Assembly (NCBI RefSeq): GCF_964204645.1 | Contig: NC_134029.1 | Span: 14,440,950 to 14,504,949, forward strand | Direction of reading: 5' to 3' | Source: Tubulanus polymorphus | Lineage: Eukaryota > Animalia > Nemertea | DNA: 64,000 nt | Shown here: positions 11,738 through 25,599 of the stretch, piece after piece | How positions within the stretch are numbered: the stretch's first letter is position 1 | How the letters are laid out: the number at the start of each line of letters is the position of its first letter | Notes under the pieces: model-generated | Told to the model about the DNA's origin: nothing | Databases searched by the model: none | The model's input: the letters and a program-made list of their open reading frames with translations, nothing else | Program-made: the position numbers and the translations under genes

Positions 11738-14134
11738 ATGTTTTGGAAATTATTTCCGGGTTTCCCAGGATGACGTCATTCACATGTTAGTGGCGCCATC
11801 TACAGACATTTCAGCACATGACGTCACGGTGTAGAAATGTCTTCGCGGTACGGATTTGTCTTTATCACGGCTTTATAACTACGCGTAACTAAACAAAGTC
11901 TTTTTGGCTGGGATTTTTTTTTTGATTGTCACCCACTCTCCATATGATTGTGCAACAAAACAAAGTTCAGCCAAAAAGACTTTGTTTAGTTACTTTGTTG
12001 TTCAAAGTTCAGCTCTCTTCAGAGAGCCAGCGGACGATAGTTTATGGTGCCAATTAGACTTTATCGGATGATCGTAGTGGATTGTCATTTGATGGAAATG
12101 CAACTTATTCTTGCTTTATGTCATTATTATGTGGGCCTCCTATTTATTTTCGTGTTTGCTTCTCTTCACCTGGAGTCACTAGAGTTAGTCACGTTTTTTT
12201 TCCTTCAGCAGTAAATTTTCCTACGCAGCAAAATTATTTCAGCACAATCTTCATAAGTAATCTAGTAATTATCAACATAAAGGACACCGCAATATTAACA
12301 GCCATCTATTAGCTTGCACTTACTTACAATACAATAAAACCATTCCGATTCCCAGTCCCCGGGCAATGATATTTCATGTAACAATGTAAGAAACACCTAT
12401 CCCTTAGCTCTTTAAAAAGTAATCATTCAGCAAGCCCATTTTTAGAATTTATTTCTTGTTGAACTATATTGCTTTAAATGTGTGGTGTCGAAAAGCGCAA
12501 AAATGGCTGAAAATAATTGAATTTTAAGGGTAGTTGTAGGGTAAACAAGAAAATTAATTTTAATGAATATTTCACGCCTGCAAAAAAAATGTAGAATTTT
12601 TGGGATAAGCTAATGTGGGATTGCAAATTTGAAATCTGAAAGTTTTTAGAAATTTGGAGAATTATAAGATTTGGCGATTGTGTAGGTGATACAGGGTTCG
12701 ACTGTAAATAGAGGTTTAATTTTTTATGGAAAATTGTCAATAATGATAACTCCTCACCGACTTTATTCACTTTTGCCTCTAATCTGGTCTTCAACTTCAT
12801 TGCCTCCATGGTAGTCTGAGGAAAGAGCTCTTCGTCGTTGCTTATAATTATTAGATTCAGCTGTGCAGCAGCTGAATCTATTAGTTTACTTAATGTTGCT
12901 GACTGATTAGTGTTGCACATCTTCTCTGCTGAATCTGTAGCGCATCTAACACTATGAATGTTATGTCAAAAGGACTGTTACAGTTGTATGGTAATAATTT
13001 CTGGTGGTATGGATATCTGGTATATCTAATTTGGGCCCTGGGGGCTAATTTCCATACGATTTTGGGCATTTCTAGAGAGACATGTGACATCATTTTCGCG
13101 TGGAGGGGCTGCAGCACATCCATCTGAGTGACATTTATACATGTACATATACGTGCTGTAAAAACATCCTTATACCAGTAGGCCTACATCGTATCACACA
13201 AGTCTGAAACTGCAAGTATTTTCTAAGTAGATGCAATGGAATATCGTCCCTTAAGACTGTAATCATATTTTTCGGGAAAATATAGTTCTCATTCGCTAGA
13301 AGATAAATACTGAATATTGCGGATGGATACGTGACTACGCCGCGCCGCCATTGATAGGCTGTGATGCGAGTCGAGAGGTAGGTACGTACCGGCATTTTAC
13401 ATTGTTTTTGTGAAAATAACTGGATTTGATGTGTAAATTATGTTCAGACTACATTTAAATGTGATGAATTGTGTTTTGTCGAGAATAAGAGTTGTCAATG
13501 CGTTTTTAACTGGCAATTACGCTGATGATATGCCTGTCAGTACCTGCTGTCCGCGGCAGCACAATGCCTAAACATACGTCATTTTTTGTTTTTCGCTTGC
13601 TCGGCCGGCACTTGTAGGTGATGTCAGGATATAACTAGCCAATATTTCCACGTAGCCAGTGGTATTGAATCCACGATGATGTATTTTTATCGTATTATTC
13701 GGTCTATGAATTACGCAAGTGCTTAAGTTCAGTGATGCTTCATTGAATGCATTCGTGACCACATATACGCACTGTGTTGGAGTGCTACAGTCATCGATGT
13801 TATACAGGCATTGATACATATAGTTGTACAACCGCAGACGCAATTCAGTTCATTTAAAAAAACATTACTGCTGAAGTTACCGTTTTTGGCTTAATAAATA
13901 TTCCAATGACATATAAGGCTACTTTATTTTCATCCTTGAGTTCATTAATTTTTCAACAAGAAATACATACCAGTATAGGCGTAGGCTTTATATAGATCAA
14001 GTCATTTGAAACCCAAGTTATTTGGTGGGTTTCATAGATGTGGAAGAAAAATAGTCCCTGGGAACATTTTGAAATTTGTCTTTTATAACCATGGTTTCTT
14101 ATTGTAACTATGGTGGTTGTTACCCAGATTGAGG

Positions 14135-14261
14135 TATACTCCGATATTTACCCGTCACTACTCCCCATACACCAATATTAACCCTTCACTACTCCCCATA
14201 CACTGATATTAACCCATCACTACTCACCATACACTGATATTAACCCTTCACCACTAACCAT
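14135..14261. repeat. 31-bp minisatellite, left part
   Basis: Units of CCATACACTGATATTAACCCTTCACCACT type; the array resumes at 20567. Confidence 0.85.
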
Positions 14262-15687
14262 GCAGTTACAACATAGAAGACGACTGATGGACATATTCCA
14301 TCACACCACCCCCCTTCAACTTGTTCAAACTCCTATTTGAATAGGAATTTATAGTCAAAATATCTACACAAATTTAAACAATTATAGTCCTTATTTTACA
14401 ATATTAAGCTCCAAACTTCTCGGCTCTGGATACAGTAGACATCTAACACGACACCTAACCCTTGTAGTTGTTGTTTCGGGTTATATCTCAGTGATTATGA
14501 TATATGCAGCGATCTCCACTAATGGTTTGTGGTTCGTTTTCGGGGCGCACCTAAGTGTAGCGTCTAACCAAAAATATCTATACCATCAATAGGTAGATAC
14601 GGCCAATGCACGCTGCACTTGGCTTGCCCCTCTGCCACTGTTCCTCATCCTGGGAAGCTGAAAAATATAATTAAAAGAAAACGGAAAGAAACTGTTCAGT
14701 GCTACATCTGGGGGGTCACGTGTGGTAGTATTTGGACTGAATGGCTTTTTGTCACTAACATTACAAAGAATTAGCGACTCCAGGTGAACCATCGTTAGGT
14801 ACCGAAGGAAACACATTCAGACGCGATCTACCACACGGATTATTTCCCCTCGTGGCGGCTAGATAACTGGTCTAACTCGATACAGTCCATACTAGAAATG
14901 ATAAATAGTTCAAATCATGAGTTTGCTGCAACGACAAGACTAAATGGCGGGAATTTTATTCATTCAGATACCACCCAAATCATGCAAGGTGGGTGGTCCC
15001 ATCCATACCATCAGGAGGTGCAAGGGGTCTGAAATCCTATACATATATATATATATATGTATAGGATTATATATATATATATAGGATTTAAGCCTTTGAT
15101 TTAAGGTACCGGCCCATTTCTAACCAGTAGCCTTTCCTCACGTTAATCCGGGACCGAACTTCGCGACATTTCTGGCAACTTTGGATCAGTTCTATATCAA
15201 AAATGTTGCTCTGCTCAATCTTGTCCGAGGCGACTGGAGGTCCTATAGCTGTGTTTGGATCCACCAAAGGGTCTGAGGCCCTTTTTTGGTTTACTAGCGA
15301 ATCATCGTTGTTGACTGTACATGAGTTTACGAACCGACTAGGGCGCCTGATCCCTACTCTGGGCCTGAGTCTTTTGTGCTCCTCAGTGTTAGGTCTGCCT
15401 GTAATGTTCAAAGGCCCAGGCTTGGAGCGGTTTTGAGTAGGAGGCTCGCGATGGTTGGGTAGGGCCTGTTATAAGAGGTTCTTGGATAACAGCCGTTGTC
15501 TCGGGCTGTGACCATGTCCAGACACAGTCTTCATCTTCCTCCCCCTCGTCGTCGTTGAGGGTTGGTTGCTCCTCGGGATCGGTCGTTTTAACCAGTTCCT
15601 GTCTAGGTTTTTTATGACCTATGGTCACGGTCTCACTAGACAGGAGGCACGGTTTCATATCAGTGAAGTGCACAACCCGCTTTCTCT

Positions 15688-18600
15688 TCACCGCCCTCGG
15701 ATCGTCGTCTGGTTCCATGCGAGGTCCATGCAATACTTAGTCCTTGGTTGGGGGTCCTCGGGCAAGCCTACGCTGATGTCGATTGGTAGTGACATTCCCT
15801 CGGCGTACATCAAGTAGAACGGCGTTTCAAGAGTGGAATGCTGGACGGTTGAACGAAATGCCATCAAACACGCAGGTAGTTCTTCGCCCCAGTTTGTTCC
15901 ACACTCATTGACGGCTGTAGTCAGCATGGCTTTCAGGGACTTATTGAAATTTTCCACCTGCCCATTGCCCATAGGATGGTAGGCAGTGGTTCTGGTCTTT
16001 TCAATAGCCAAGATCCTACACATCTCCATGAAGACTTCGACTCAAAGTTCGCGCCTTTGTCCGAGTGGATGGATTCAGGGCAGCCATAACGGGTGACCCA
16101 TTCGTTCACAAGGACACTTGCCACCACGGAGGCCTTTTCTGTGCGAATTGGCCATGCTTCGGGCCACTTAGTGAATGCATCTTGAGCGACTAGAATGTAG
16201 ACGTTACGGCGGCCGGTTCTCGGTAGTGGGCCCACGATGTCTACATGTACTCGCTGGGAGTGTCGCCCTACCGGTGTAGACATCATTGGGGCTTTTGGTA
16301 GTTTGGACGGGGACTTGCACTCTTGGCAAGTTTTGCAGCCCCGGACAAAATCCCTGACCCTAGCTGAGAGGCCTAATACCCAGAATCTTTCCCTAATTTT
16401 ACACTCTGTCTTTTAGTACCGAGATGTTTCCCCGCAAATCCCTGATGTATGGCTCCTATGGTTCCATCAGTCAGTAAAATGGGTAGCACCACTCTGTGTC
16501 TCGTTGAGGTAGCCCCCGGAAGTGGTTTAAGTGCTAGAATGCCATCTAAAAGCTCTAAACGCTCAACCAGACTATAGAGGCTCCTCGCTGTTCTACCACA
16601 CCGTTGTAGCCGTTTCCTGTCCTTGACCCCATCTCCGGCCAAGAACTCTCTAATTTCTGATATTTCGGGGTCATTTACTTGAGCCTCAATTATCTTGTCC
16701 CTGGACATACCAGTGGGGTGCGCTGCCAAATCGCCTTGATGTTCAGTCACCTGGTATATAAATGGACCAGTGTCACCACAAGTTGGGCAGTCCCCATGTT
16801 TCCTCTGTCTCTTAGGGATGCGAGACAGGGCATCTGCATTCAAATGTTTGCTTCCAGCTCGATGCTCGATCACGAAATCATATTCCGACAGGCGTTCAAG
16901 CCACCGAGCCACTTGACCCTCAGGGTTTTTGAAGGTTTGTAGCCACTTGAGTGCTGCGTGGTCTGTGCGAACTTTGAATTTCCTGCCTAGTCATTGGTGG
17001 CGGAAGTGATCAATCATGTCAACCAAGGCCAACATTTCGTGCCTGGTGGCACAGTAGTTCTCCTCTCCACCTTTCAGCGTGTGGCTACTGTACTCGATCA
17101 CTCTCTCAGAACCATTGCGTTGTAGCTGTGACAGCACCCCTCAGATAGCCTAGTTTGAGGCGTCACAGTCCAAAATGAACTCTCCAGCGCCCTCCGAGAA
17201 ATCTGGGAATGCCAGGACAGGGGAGCTGGTCAGCTTTTCTTTCAGTCCGTCAAATACTAGTTGTTGCTTGGATGTCCAGACGAATGGTTCGTTTTTCCTC
17301 GTAAGACGGTGTAGCAGGGCTGTCAAGTCGGTGAAATCCTTGATGAATTGCGAGTAATATGTCACAAGACCAAGGAAACTACGCACTTCGGTAACTGACG
17401 TCGGGGTCGGCCAATCTCTGACTCTATCGCATTTGGCACCGTCGGTTTCGACACCGGCCGCGCTTACTACATGCCCCAAAAACTTGAGGCACCGCTGGAA
17501 AAGCGAGCATTTTCTCAGTTTAAGCTTGAGACCGGCTTTCTGAAAGCAACGAAATACCGTTGGTAGATCATGACTAAACACCACATCATCCAGGTAGATA
17601 AGGCATGTTTTCCATACAACAACATCCAGTACCATCGCCATCAGTCTGCTGAATGACGCCGGGGCATTACACACTCCAAACGGCATGACATTCCACTCAA
17701 ATAGATGGTTTTCAGTCGTGAATTCGGTCTTATGTTTGTCTGATTCCTTTATCGGGACCTGCAAGTATCCGCTGGTCAAATCGAGGGACGAGAACCAGGT
17801 TGCACCCAATAAAGCCTCTAGGGTACTGTCTATTCTACCTAATGGGTGAGCGTCTTTGACTGTCGGGTCAGTGAGTCGGCGGTAATCGCAGCATAGACGC
17901 AGGGAACCATCAGCCTTTTCCCTAGAACTATTGGGCTTGACCACGGGCTGGTGGATGGCCGGATCAAGTCTAAAAGCTCCTTGGTCGTCCCCTCAACAAA
18001 AGCTCTCCTACCAGGGGGTAGCGGACGGGGATTTTGTACTATCGGTGGGTGCTCACCGGTGTCAATCTCGAATTCAAGCGGATCTGTTCGACCGATGTCA
18101 AAGTCTCCCATCGAGAATACTGACTTGTGCTCCTGTATGATGTCAACGAGCTGTGTTTTCATGACAGTGGGGATTTCAAGCTAGTCGATTTTCAATTCTC
18201 TCAAGAGGTCCATGAATTCAGTATTGTCACCACCCTGCAGCTGGATTTTTTGAGTTGACGGGTTTTGAGCATGGTCGTCGACAGTCATGATGTCAACTGA
18301 CTGTAGGGGGCAGAATAAACCAATAGTCTGGCCCCTGTCGACTCTACAAGCCTCATCCGAGAAGTTAGCTAGCCAAACCGGTATCTGGTTTGCCTCCGGT
18401 ACCACCAGTGTTTTCCCAGTGCAGAAATTATTCCCTCCACAGCTGCTGATCATCCCTGAGGTCGAATTATTATGAGCATAACTACGTTTCATGTATCCAT
18501 TTACCACCACTTCGGATCCAGCTGGAATGATTTGGCTCTTACCCTGCAAGCACTCGCGCGTTTGGGGCTCTGGCGGACAGGCACCTCGCTGAGGCTTCCG

Positions 18601-19020
18601 AAGCAGAGCATTTTGTTACGGTAATCTATGTTGCAGCCATATTTCTCGACGAAAGCAGTGTTGGGCCAAATCCTCGCTGACGATCATGGGGACATGAAAT
18701 TCTTCACTTCCAACTCTCATACATACCTCAGCTAAGCCACGTAACTCCATTGGCTGACTGGTAGCTGTTGTCACGATTCCTTCGATTGGCCTCAGTGCAG
18801 CGGCTTCACCCGTCGGGCTACTAGAGTCCCATACTGAACCTCTAATGATGGTGCAGGAGGCACCAGTGTCCAGGAGTACCACCGCTTTCGAACGGTCATT
18901 TACTACGGCATCACAGAAAAGGCCCGAGGCGTGGAGCCTCACTGTTCCGATGTAACTAAGCTTGTCTGGGCTGGTTCCGTTCCTGTTGTTTGAACCTTGG
19001 TGTCGCGCAACTTGTGACAA
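15688..19020 (-). pseudogene. Gypsy pol (protease, RT, RNase H, integrase) with frameshifts and stops
   Basis: LLDTGAS; LDLTSGY, MPFGVCNAPASF, YLDD; LDCDAS; VHVDIVGPLP, IHSDKG, YHPMGNGQVE. Confidence 0.95.
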
Positions 19021-19392
19021 GTGTTTTCCGTAGCCGGACTGGGAGCCTCACTGTTCTCCGAAGGGTCACGTCTATTTTCTTCTATACTTTGGGTATGTTG
19101 TGGTGGCCTAAGAGTGATTGTTCTAGTTGGATGCGGACCATCAGTAGGTGTATCTCCACTAGAATCACATGCCGGGCCAGCAACCACATATCCATCTTGA
19201 GGTGTCTTTGGCATATGGTTTGATGGTCTCGATATGATTTGAATATGGTTTGATGGTCTCACGGTGGTGGGGCTAGTATGATGGGAGCCATCAATAGGTG
19301 CATCTCTACTTGCATCACACGTTAGGCCATTTGCCATATTCATCTGATTTTTCCTACGTCTTGCGGGGGGTATATACAGTGGTACAGGGGGA

Positions 19393-20289
19393 CTATTTCC
19401 TGATGGGGTTTCCCTTGCCCCCTTGAAAACCCCGCTTCTCGTTTCCCTGAGGTAGGTGGCAGTTACTTGAATAGTGACCACTCCCCCCCGCAATTATAGC
19501 ATTTAACTTGTGGGCACAAGTTTTTGGGGTGGTCTGCGTTCCTGCAACGCCAACATTTGTCATCAGCAGGCGGTCGACGATTGCCATTACAAGAGACAAC
19601 CGCTTCCAAATGGCCTACTCGAGTCATCAGCGTTCCCATCATCGATTTCAATTCGTCGAGTTGTTTGGCTATAGCGAACTTGGCTGGGCCGCATACATTA
19701 ACTGCTTCGCTGAGACGGGTAGGCTATTACCTTTAAGAAATTGGTCTTTGGCCAATTCATCCTGTAGCTCGAAGGCAATGCCAGGGTACGCGTTCCTTGC
19801 CAGTTCTGCTAACTCGTCGGCATAGCATTCCACAGATTCTGTTGTCTTTTGGTCCCACCCTTTCAACAACATCTTAAAGTCATCCACAGTCTTTGTTGGA
19901 AATGGGATGATAGCCGCCAACAGAAATCATCATACGACTGGCTCGAGTCGAGACCTAGGTTCGTATGCCTCATGGTCAAGTCCCATCATCAGGTGTGATT
20001 TACGCTGTTCGCCCCCATTGATGCGAGAACTAATCTGAGCCAGGTCAGCGAACGCGTCAAATCTTTCGAGCCAAATGCGGAAATTGTGTCCCATGGTATA
20101 GGGCTTGGGTGCCGGAATATTGTGCATTTTTGGGGTGGGTGCATCTCTCGTCACGACCCTCTCCATCACTTCAGTCAGTCGCTGGAGGATGGAATCCTCA
20201 GATGTTTTTAAATTTTCAGCTTTCGTCTTCGTTGGATGGCCACGTTTTGGAATTACGAAGCAGGTAAAAAGTACGTAAAGTACACGCAA
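19393..20289 (-). pseudogene. Gypsy gag, frameshifted
   Basis: Capsid-like Q...ESVECYADELAELARNAYP; CCHC knuckles CWRCRNADHPKNLC and CYNCGG/GHYSSNC. Confidence 0.85.
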
Positions 20290-20373
20290 AAAGTAACCGT
20301 AATTTACACAGACTAAACGGAGAAAACGTGTTCACCGCTTCAACTCAATTTCAACTGGTTTTTTCACAATCAA

Positions 20374-20391
20374 ATCCCACCGCTGCCACCA
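20374..20391 (-). promoter_or_regulatory. Primer binding site complementary to the tRNA-Leu 3' end
   Basis: TGGTGGCAGCGGTGGGAT, 2 nt after the LTR-terminal CA. Confidence 0.85.
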
Positions 20392-20566
20392 GATGTTACG
20401 AGGTCTTATTCTGCCTGTTCTACAGTAGAAGTATCCTCCAAATATCAAGTAAAAAGGCGGACAAAAGATATTAACACAATCACCTATTATTCTGTATTTT
20501 TCAAGAGAGAGGGCACCACCCTCCAGTTACAACATTGAAGACGACTGATGGACATATTCCATCACA

Positions 20567-20885
20567 TTAACCCATCACTACTCACTATACACTGATATTA
20601 ACCCTTCACCACTTACCATACACTGATATTAACCCTTCACCACTTGCCATACGCTGATATTAACCTTTCACTTCTTACCATACACTGATAAATACCCTTC
20701 ACCACTTACCATACACTGATATTAACCTTTCACCTCTTACCAGACACCGATATTAACCCTTCACCTCTTACGGCCAGACAGCGATATTAACCCTTCACCA
20801 CTAATCATACTCCGATATTAATCCTTCACCACTTACCATACTCCGATATTAATCCTTCACCACTTACCATACTCCGATATTAACC
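20567..20885. repeat. 31-bp minisatellite, right part (about 10 units)
   Basis: Units of TACCATACTCCGATATTAATCCTTCACCACT type. Confidence 0.9.
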
Positions 20886-23515
20886 GATAGTAGCCTAGTA
20901 AATAGAATATCTGACAAAATATGTAAAATATGACTCCAGCAGGTATTTATTACTGATATGCTATGATTTCTAGTGTTAAAATCGATAAGGAATAAATAAA
21001 TATGTTATATTTCATGTCATCTCGGTTGATCTCGGTTCATCTCGGTAATAAGGAGGACCGGTTGAGAGAGCTGTGTCATGTACCGTCATGATGCATTCTT
21101 GCTTTCTATTGGTATCCTTCACAAGATATTATAACATATTGTCAATATGAAATGTTATGCATGACCATCTGATATAATTTTTCTGAATTTTTCTGAGGTA
21201 TGCGATTTCCGAGGTATATAAGGTCCACAAATTTTGTCATAAAAAAAATTGTTGCTGACGCGTGGGCTCAAATTATCCTTCTTATACTAATCTATGTTGA
21301 ATAAACATTGTATATGTACCATATCTGACAGGTTTTTATTGTTATTTCAATCAAAACCTCATATCCCCCGGGAGATTTGACTTGTCGTCTTTTATATAAA
21401 AACATCGTACTGTAGTACACCAAGTAAAGCCTCCTTCCCAGTTGAGAGAATTTAAAAACACGTGGGTTTGATGTGCAGTGACAAGTCTATAGCTCCGCCT
21501 ACATCCATTCAATTGACTATTCGTATTAAAGACAGCCGAGAACTAGCGCGACTGGCACGCTTCCAATTCTTACAGTCATCAGCATATCTATCGCAATACA
21601 CGTGGTAACACAGTACAGATGTTGATTCACGTCGCGTCCAAGAACAGGTATTGATTAATCTGTTTCAAGTTGTTATGCAGTAGGCTAGGGATGTGTTTCT
21701 GAAAAAATATTGTTGGGACGATGTTCAGAATTTCCGAGGTACACGATTTTAGGACTCAATTTATAAAAAAAATCATTCTGAGGTATGCGATATTCCGACG
21801 TATGCAACTCCGAGCTACTCGGAGATTTTCATTTAAGAAATAATTGCATTAAGAAAAATATTTTAGATTTGTTCTGAGCTAAGCAATATTCCGAGGTGTA
21901 TGGCTCCGAGGTATGCGTTGTCTACTGTACATGTATATATTATATTTATGTTTGCTGCATTGTGTATCCTAAGTCGGTCAGGTCAGTAAATTACTATAGT
22001 ATTTACTACAGAAGTATAGTACGGCATTTTACTGTTAGATGGCGAATACATCTTTTTAACCAAATTTTAGCCAGGGCTTAAAATGAATATTTTGACTCCT
22101 AACTTGACGACGAGAAAAACTGGCATTAAGCAACAGTAAAAGGACGTTTCAATGCATGCATTAATTTTCTTTACAATGCGTTGCGGTAAAAAACATCCAT
22201 TCTGCTTTATAGTCTAGATTTCTATTCACGCCTGCCGCTTCTGATATAATCTTACATCCATTACTATTACAATACGACTTCTCATGATATTCAATGCAAT
22301 ATGATATTTTCGAAGTTCAAATAGGGCTCATTATATAATCACGGGAAGCCATTCTACATCTTTGTCAATAATATTTTGCCAAATAGCTTGTATGTGTACA
22401 CATAGACCTGTGACCTTTTGCACATCGATTTTGGGTTGTGATTTGTAAAATTACGCTGAATGGTTAACATTGTTTAAGTTTCATAATGGTAACGTTTTAT
22501 AAGGCATCAAAAAACTTTAAAAGGGTTAAAATGTTTTCAGAATAAGTACTAGAGGTCTCGTCTTGCTCTCGTATCCGGTATCGGTGGCCATGTGTGGGCC
22601 ACATGAAAACTCTTTATCATGCGAGTTCTTACATAGTACAGTTTACTTTATTTATAGTAAGAAACAACCTACATAATGTATTGTATCTCAAAATATTATA
22701 TAAATGGGTTTTCCTCATGTACAATATATAGCTCAAAACTTCTAACTCAGTTGCTGGGTCGAGTGTGATTGCGAAATTGCATTTCATTCGGCCGAGTAAA
22801 CAATTTTTAGAGCTCACTTAGGACTTAGTCCCAGCAGGCTATTGCGTTCACTTTTCGTCCGTTTGTCCGTAAATCCAGTTATTTTGAGAAGTTTTGAAGA
22901 CACTTCAGTGGATTTTCTTGATATTTGGTTTATATATGTATCTATCCTAGATACATCTTCTGCCCAAAAAACTGGCCCGATCAGAATCAATAAGGCCGAA
23001 TGGCAGCCATAATTGTTCACCTAAATCAGATTTTTTACGCATTTTTGTAGGCAAATTCCAGGGCGCTTCCATCAATTATCTCGATCTTTTTTGTAAATTT
23101 GTATCTTCCAAGACCCAAGATGGCCGTCCTGTGACCTTTTTTTGTGCCAAATTTTGGCCTAAATTCCGAGACCTGTAGCTTGCTGATGGGTTTTGCGATC
23201 AGTCAAATATCATGCAATTGGCGGCACTCTTAGTGTCATCAGTCTTCATTTGTAAGTTAGAATACGTTTTTTTACGAAAATATCAAGGTTTGAAATTATA
23301 GTCTTGAAATTTGATTATTATAAGCAATTTTATATTGATAGTTTTGCTAGCTTGTATGAATGAAACAACTTGAATACACTTTATACAATTTGTGCAAGCT
23401 TGGTCAAATATCTTGTTGCATGGCGAAAAGTTTTTACCCGACAATTAAACTGCAATTCACACACAATAATTTTGTATTGATCAGTTTTAATTTATGGTTC
23501 CTATTTCATTTTCAG

Positions 23516-23551
23516 ACACAGAAAAAAGACAGCAGTTGTTCACTTTCATGA
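23516..23551 (+). CDS. ZFAND2B: Terminal coding exon of the ZFAND2B/AIRAPL-like gene with CAAX prenylation motif
   Basis: Pyrimidine tract plus TTTCAG; encodes TQKKDSSCSLS-stop (AIRAPL ends in CSLC); phase matches the exon at 1176-1275. Confidence 0.8.
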   Translation, partial: TQKKDSSCSLS

Positions 23552-24899
23552 CATGGAGATGATAGACATATTATTCTACTCAATGATTTTGAATGTAGAT
23601 TTCTAAATGAATGTAATTCATCTCATCTGACTTAAAGTTTTAAATATTATTATGTCTAGTGGTATTCCTTTCTTTATAAGTACTAATGATATTTTTTCTT
23701 ATCAGATTGTATTTCTATTCTTTTCAAGTTTCAAAATGGTGATCATACTGACCCTAATTTCACCCCTGGTGACGTCTTTGTCAATGTACATTTTATAACA
23801 CCATTGCCATGTTGCCGGGGGCAGGGTGTCATCATGAGGTTCCCCTTAGAAGGGGTCATGATGTCTTCTGTATCATTCACAATCACTTTTTCGTCAATTC
23901 CTGTTAAAATTTTAAATTCAACTGATGAATTGATGAAGCTTTGGAAGGAATGAGTCACATGACATACGTCTGCACTTACTTTTTATACCCTGGTTCTACA
24001 TTACGCTCGAAACATCTGAAGTAAGTATAGACGCTACTCACTATGGCTGAGGGTTTTTGTTCACCCCACGTGCATCAAAAATGAGTTATCGTAGTTATGG
24101 TTTGATAGAGCTCCAATGGATTGGAATTTGTAATGGTTTGGATACTTACATTATTACGGTAGTGTATCATATGAATTTTTCCAATTTCCTGTAGAAAAAT
24201 GTACTTAAGAGACTTAAACAAAAAATGATTTAGTAAGAACACTTAGATTTGAAACGTGCACCTTACTTTGAAATTAATATTCAACAAACTGAAGCGTGGA
24301 TAGATTCGACTAAAATATGAAAATATAGGTGCTAGTGGTTACCGCTACATTTCCATCTTCTGATGTATCCATGGTTTCTTCAACGATACACTGATTCATT
24401 TTGAAAAACTAAGCAGCAACTGGTGCATTCATTCTCTGTTTCTGTGAGGTTCCTGCGGATCCAGGGGTCAAATCTGAGTACTGCTCAAAGTAGTATTGTC
24501 TCCCTGAGTAGATTGCCGAAGGCGTGATAGCCTAGTGGGGGGGGGGGGGGTTCAGGGTCTTCCTCCATAGAATTTCGAAATTTTAGGTGCTCTCATATGC
24601 ATAATATTTCATCACCATCAAAAAGAACAAGGTTGAATTGTCACGATATTTCTATTTTCAATTTTCTACTTACAACGGCGTTACTATATGATTCGAATGG
24701 TTCTACAAATTGCATTCTATTTTCAACAACCACAAGTACTGCCTAAAAACATTTCCAAGGCAGCCATCGTCAATCGAATTTTGATCTGAAACACAGAAAT
24801 TTTGGTTGTTTCGTGGGGAGATTAAACTCCGTAAATAGTCGTCTTTTTTCATTCGGCCGCTCTACTATTAAGTAATCATTTATGTATTCTTCACTTTGT

Positions 24900-25592
24900 G
24901 AGAATATTCGTAGAGTGTTAACCAGGTTTAAAATAAGTAACGAGACGAGTAGTACTGTACAGGTTAACTATTTATTTGACGCACGGGCTTTCGCTTCCAA
25001 TGAATAGAAGCTTCATCAGGTGAATGAGTATAGTCAATGGAAAAACAACAGTATTTATAGGTAGACTGACACTAATTACAGAGAACTGAGTGAGAAGAGT
25101 AATTACAAATAAATGATGAGTGACATGATAATTAATAACTAAGTGAGGGAGTAGATAATTTATTAATTAAGGAACAACAAACTGAAACAAATCAAAGAGA
25201 AATAAATCAAAATGAAACTATGTATATCAAAGTAAAATAAACAGAAGAGCAACGAATAACAAGAAATGGAAGTCCGATACAACGAATAACAAACAAAATT
25301 ACGTTCTGCAGTGGGACATGAATCCTAGATCGCGATTGAGGCCAAGATTAACTGACGGTGTGGTTCGGAAGATTGAAATGTTCGCCGATAGGTTTATCCA
25401 TTTTCTTGTGTCTGATATCAAATTTGTGACCGTTCAAGCGTTGACGTAATGTTTTTCCAGTTTCTCCGATGTAGATGGTTCCAGGGCAGATATCGCATGT
25501 GATGGCATGTTATTAATTAGTTATTAAGTTACTTAGTTATTATCATGTCACTCATCATTTATTTGTAATTACTCTTCTCACTCAGTTCTCTC
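24900..25592 (-). mobile_element. Penelope-like element 3' fragment: GIY-YIG endonuclease, pLTR and short inverted duplication
   Basis: Minus strand about 25505-25355 reads ITCDICPGTIYIGETGKTLRQRLNGHKFDIRHKKMDKPIGEHFNLPNH; about 25080-25145 is inverted at 25530-25592; hammerhead-like core at about 24978-25020. Confidence 0.8.
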
Positions 25593-25599
25593 TAAATCC

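Larger units (their letters stand above)
14263..20566 (-). mobile_element. Ty3/Gypsy LTR retrotransposon, decayed, 3' LTR truncated
   Basis: 5' LTR 20566-20394 (TG...CA, 173 bp); PBS; gag-PR-RT-RH-IN order; PPT AGTTGAAGGGGGGTGG followed by 43 bp of 3' LTR (14305-14263). Confidence 0.95.
12544..22514 (-). mobile_element. HINE of the TTTGACGCC family, apparently expanded to 10 kb by nested insertions
   Basis: 12544-12840 matches one end and 22200-22514 the other end of the compact 1.13-kb copy at 38941-40071, in the same orientation. Confidence 0.65.

Noticed and set aside
12474-12920. 148-aa ORF with MEAMKL homologs at 38951 and about 43840 as a conserved gene
   Set aside because: The similarity comes from HINE copies, and reading frames are not preserved between them.
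15088-15733. env-like or chromodomain ORF after the Gypsy integrase
   Set aside because: No signal peptide, TM segment or recognisable motif; probably a frameshifted integrase tail.
20567-20885. 31-bp repeats, and the 65/73-bp repeats at 57800-58410, as CRISPR arrays
   Set aside because: Head-to-tail units without unique spacers, no cas genes, eukaryotic context.
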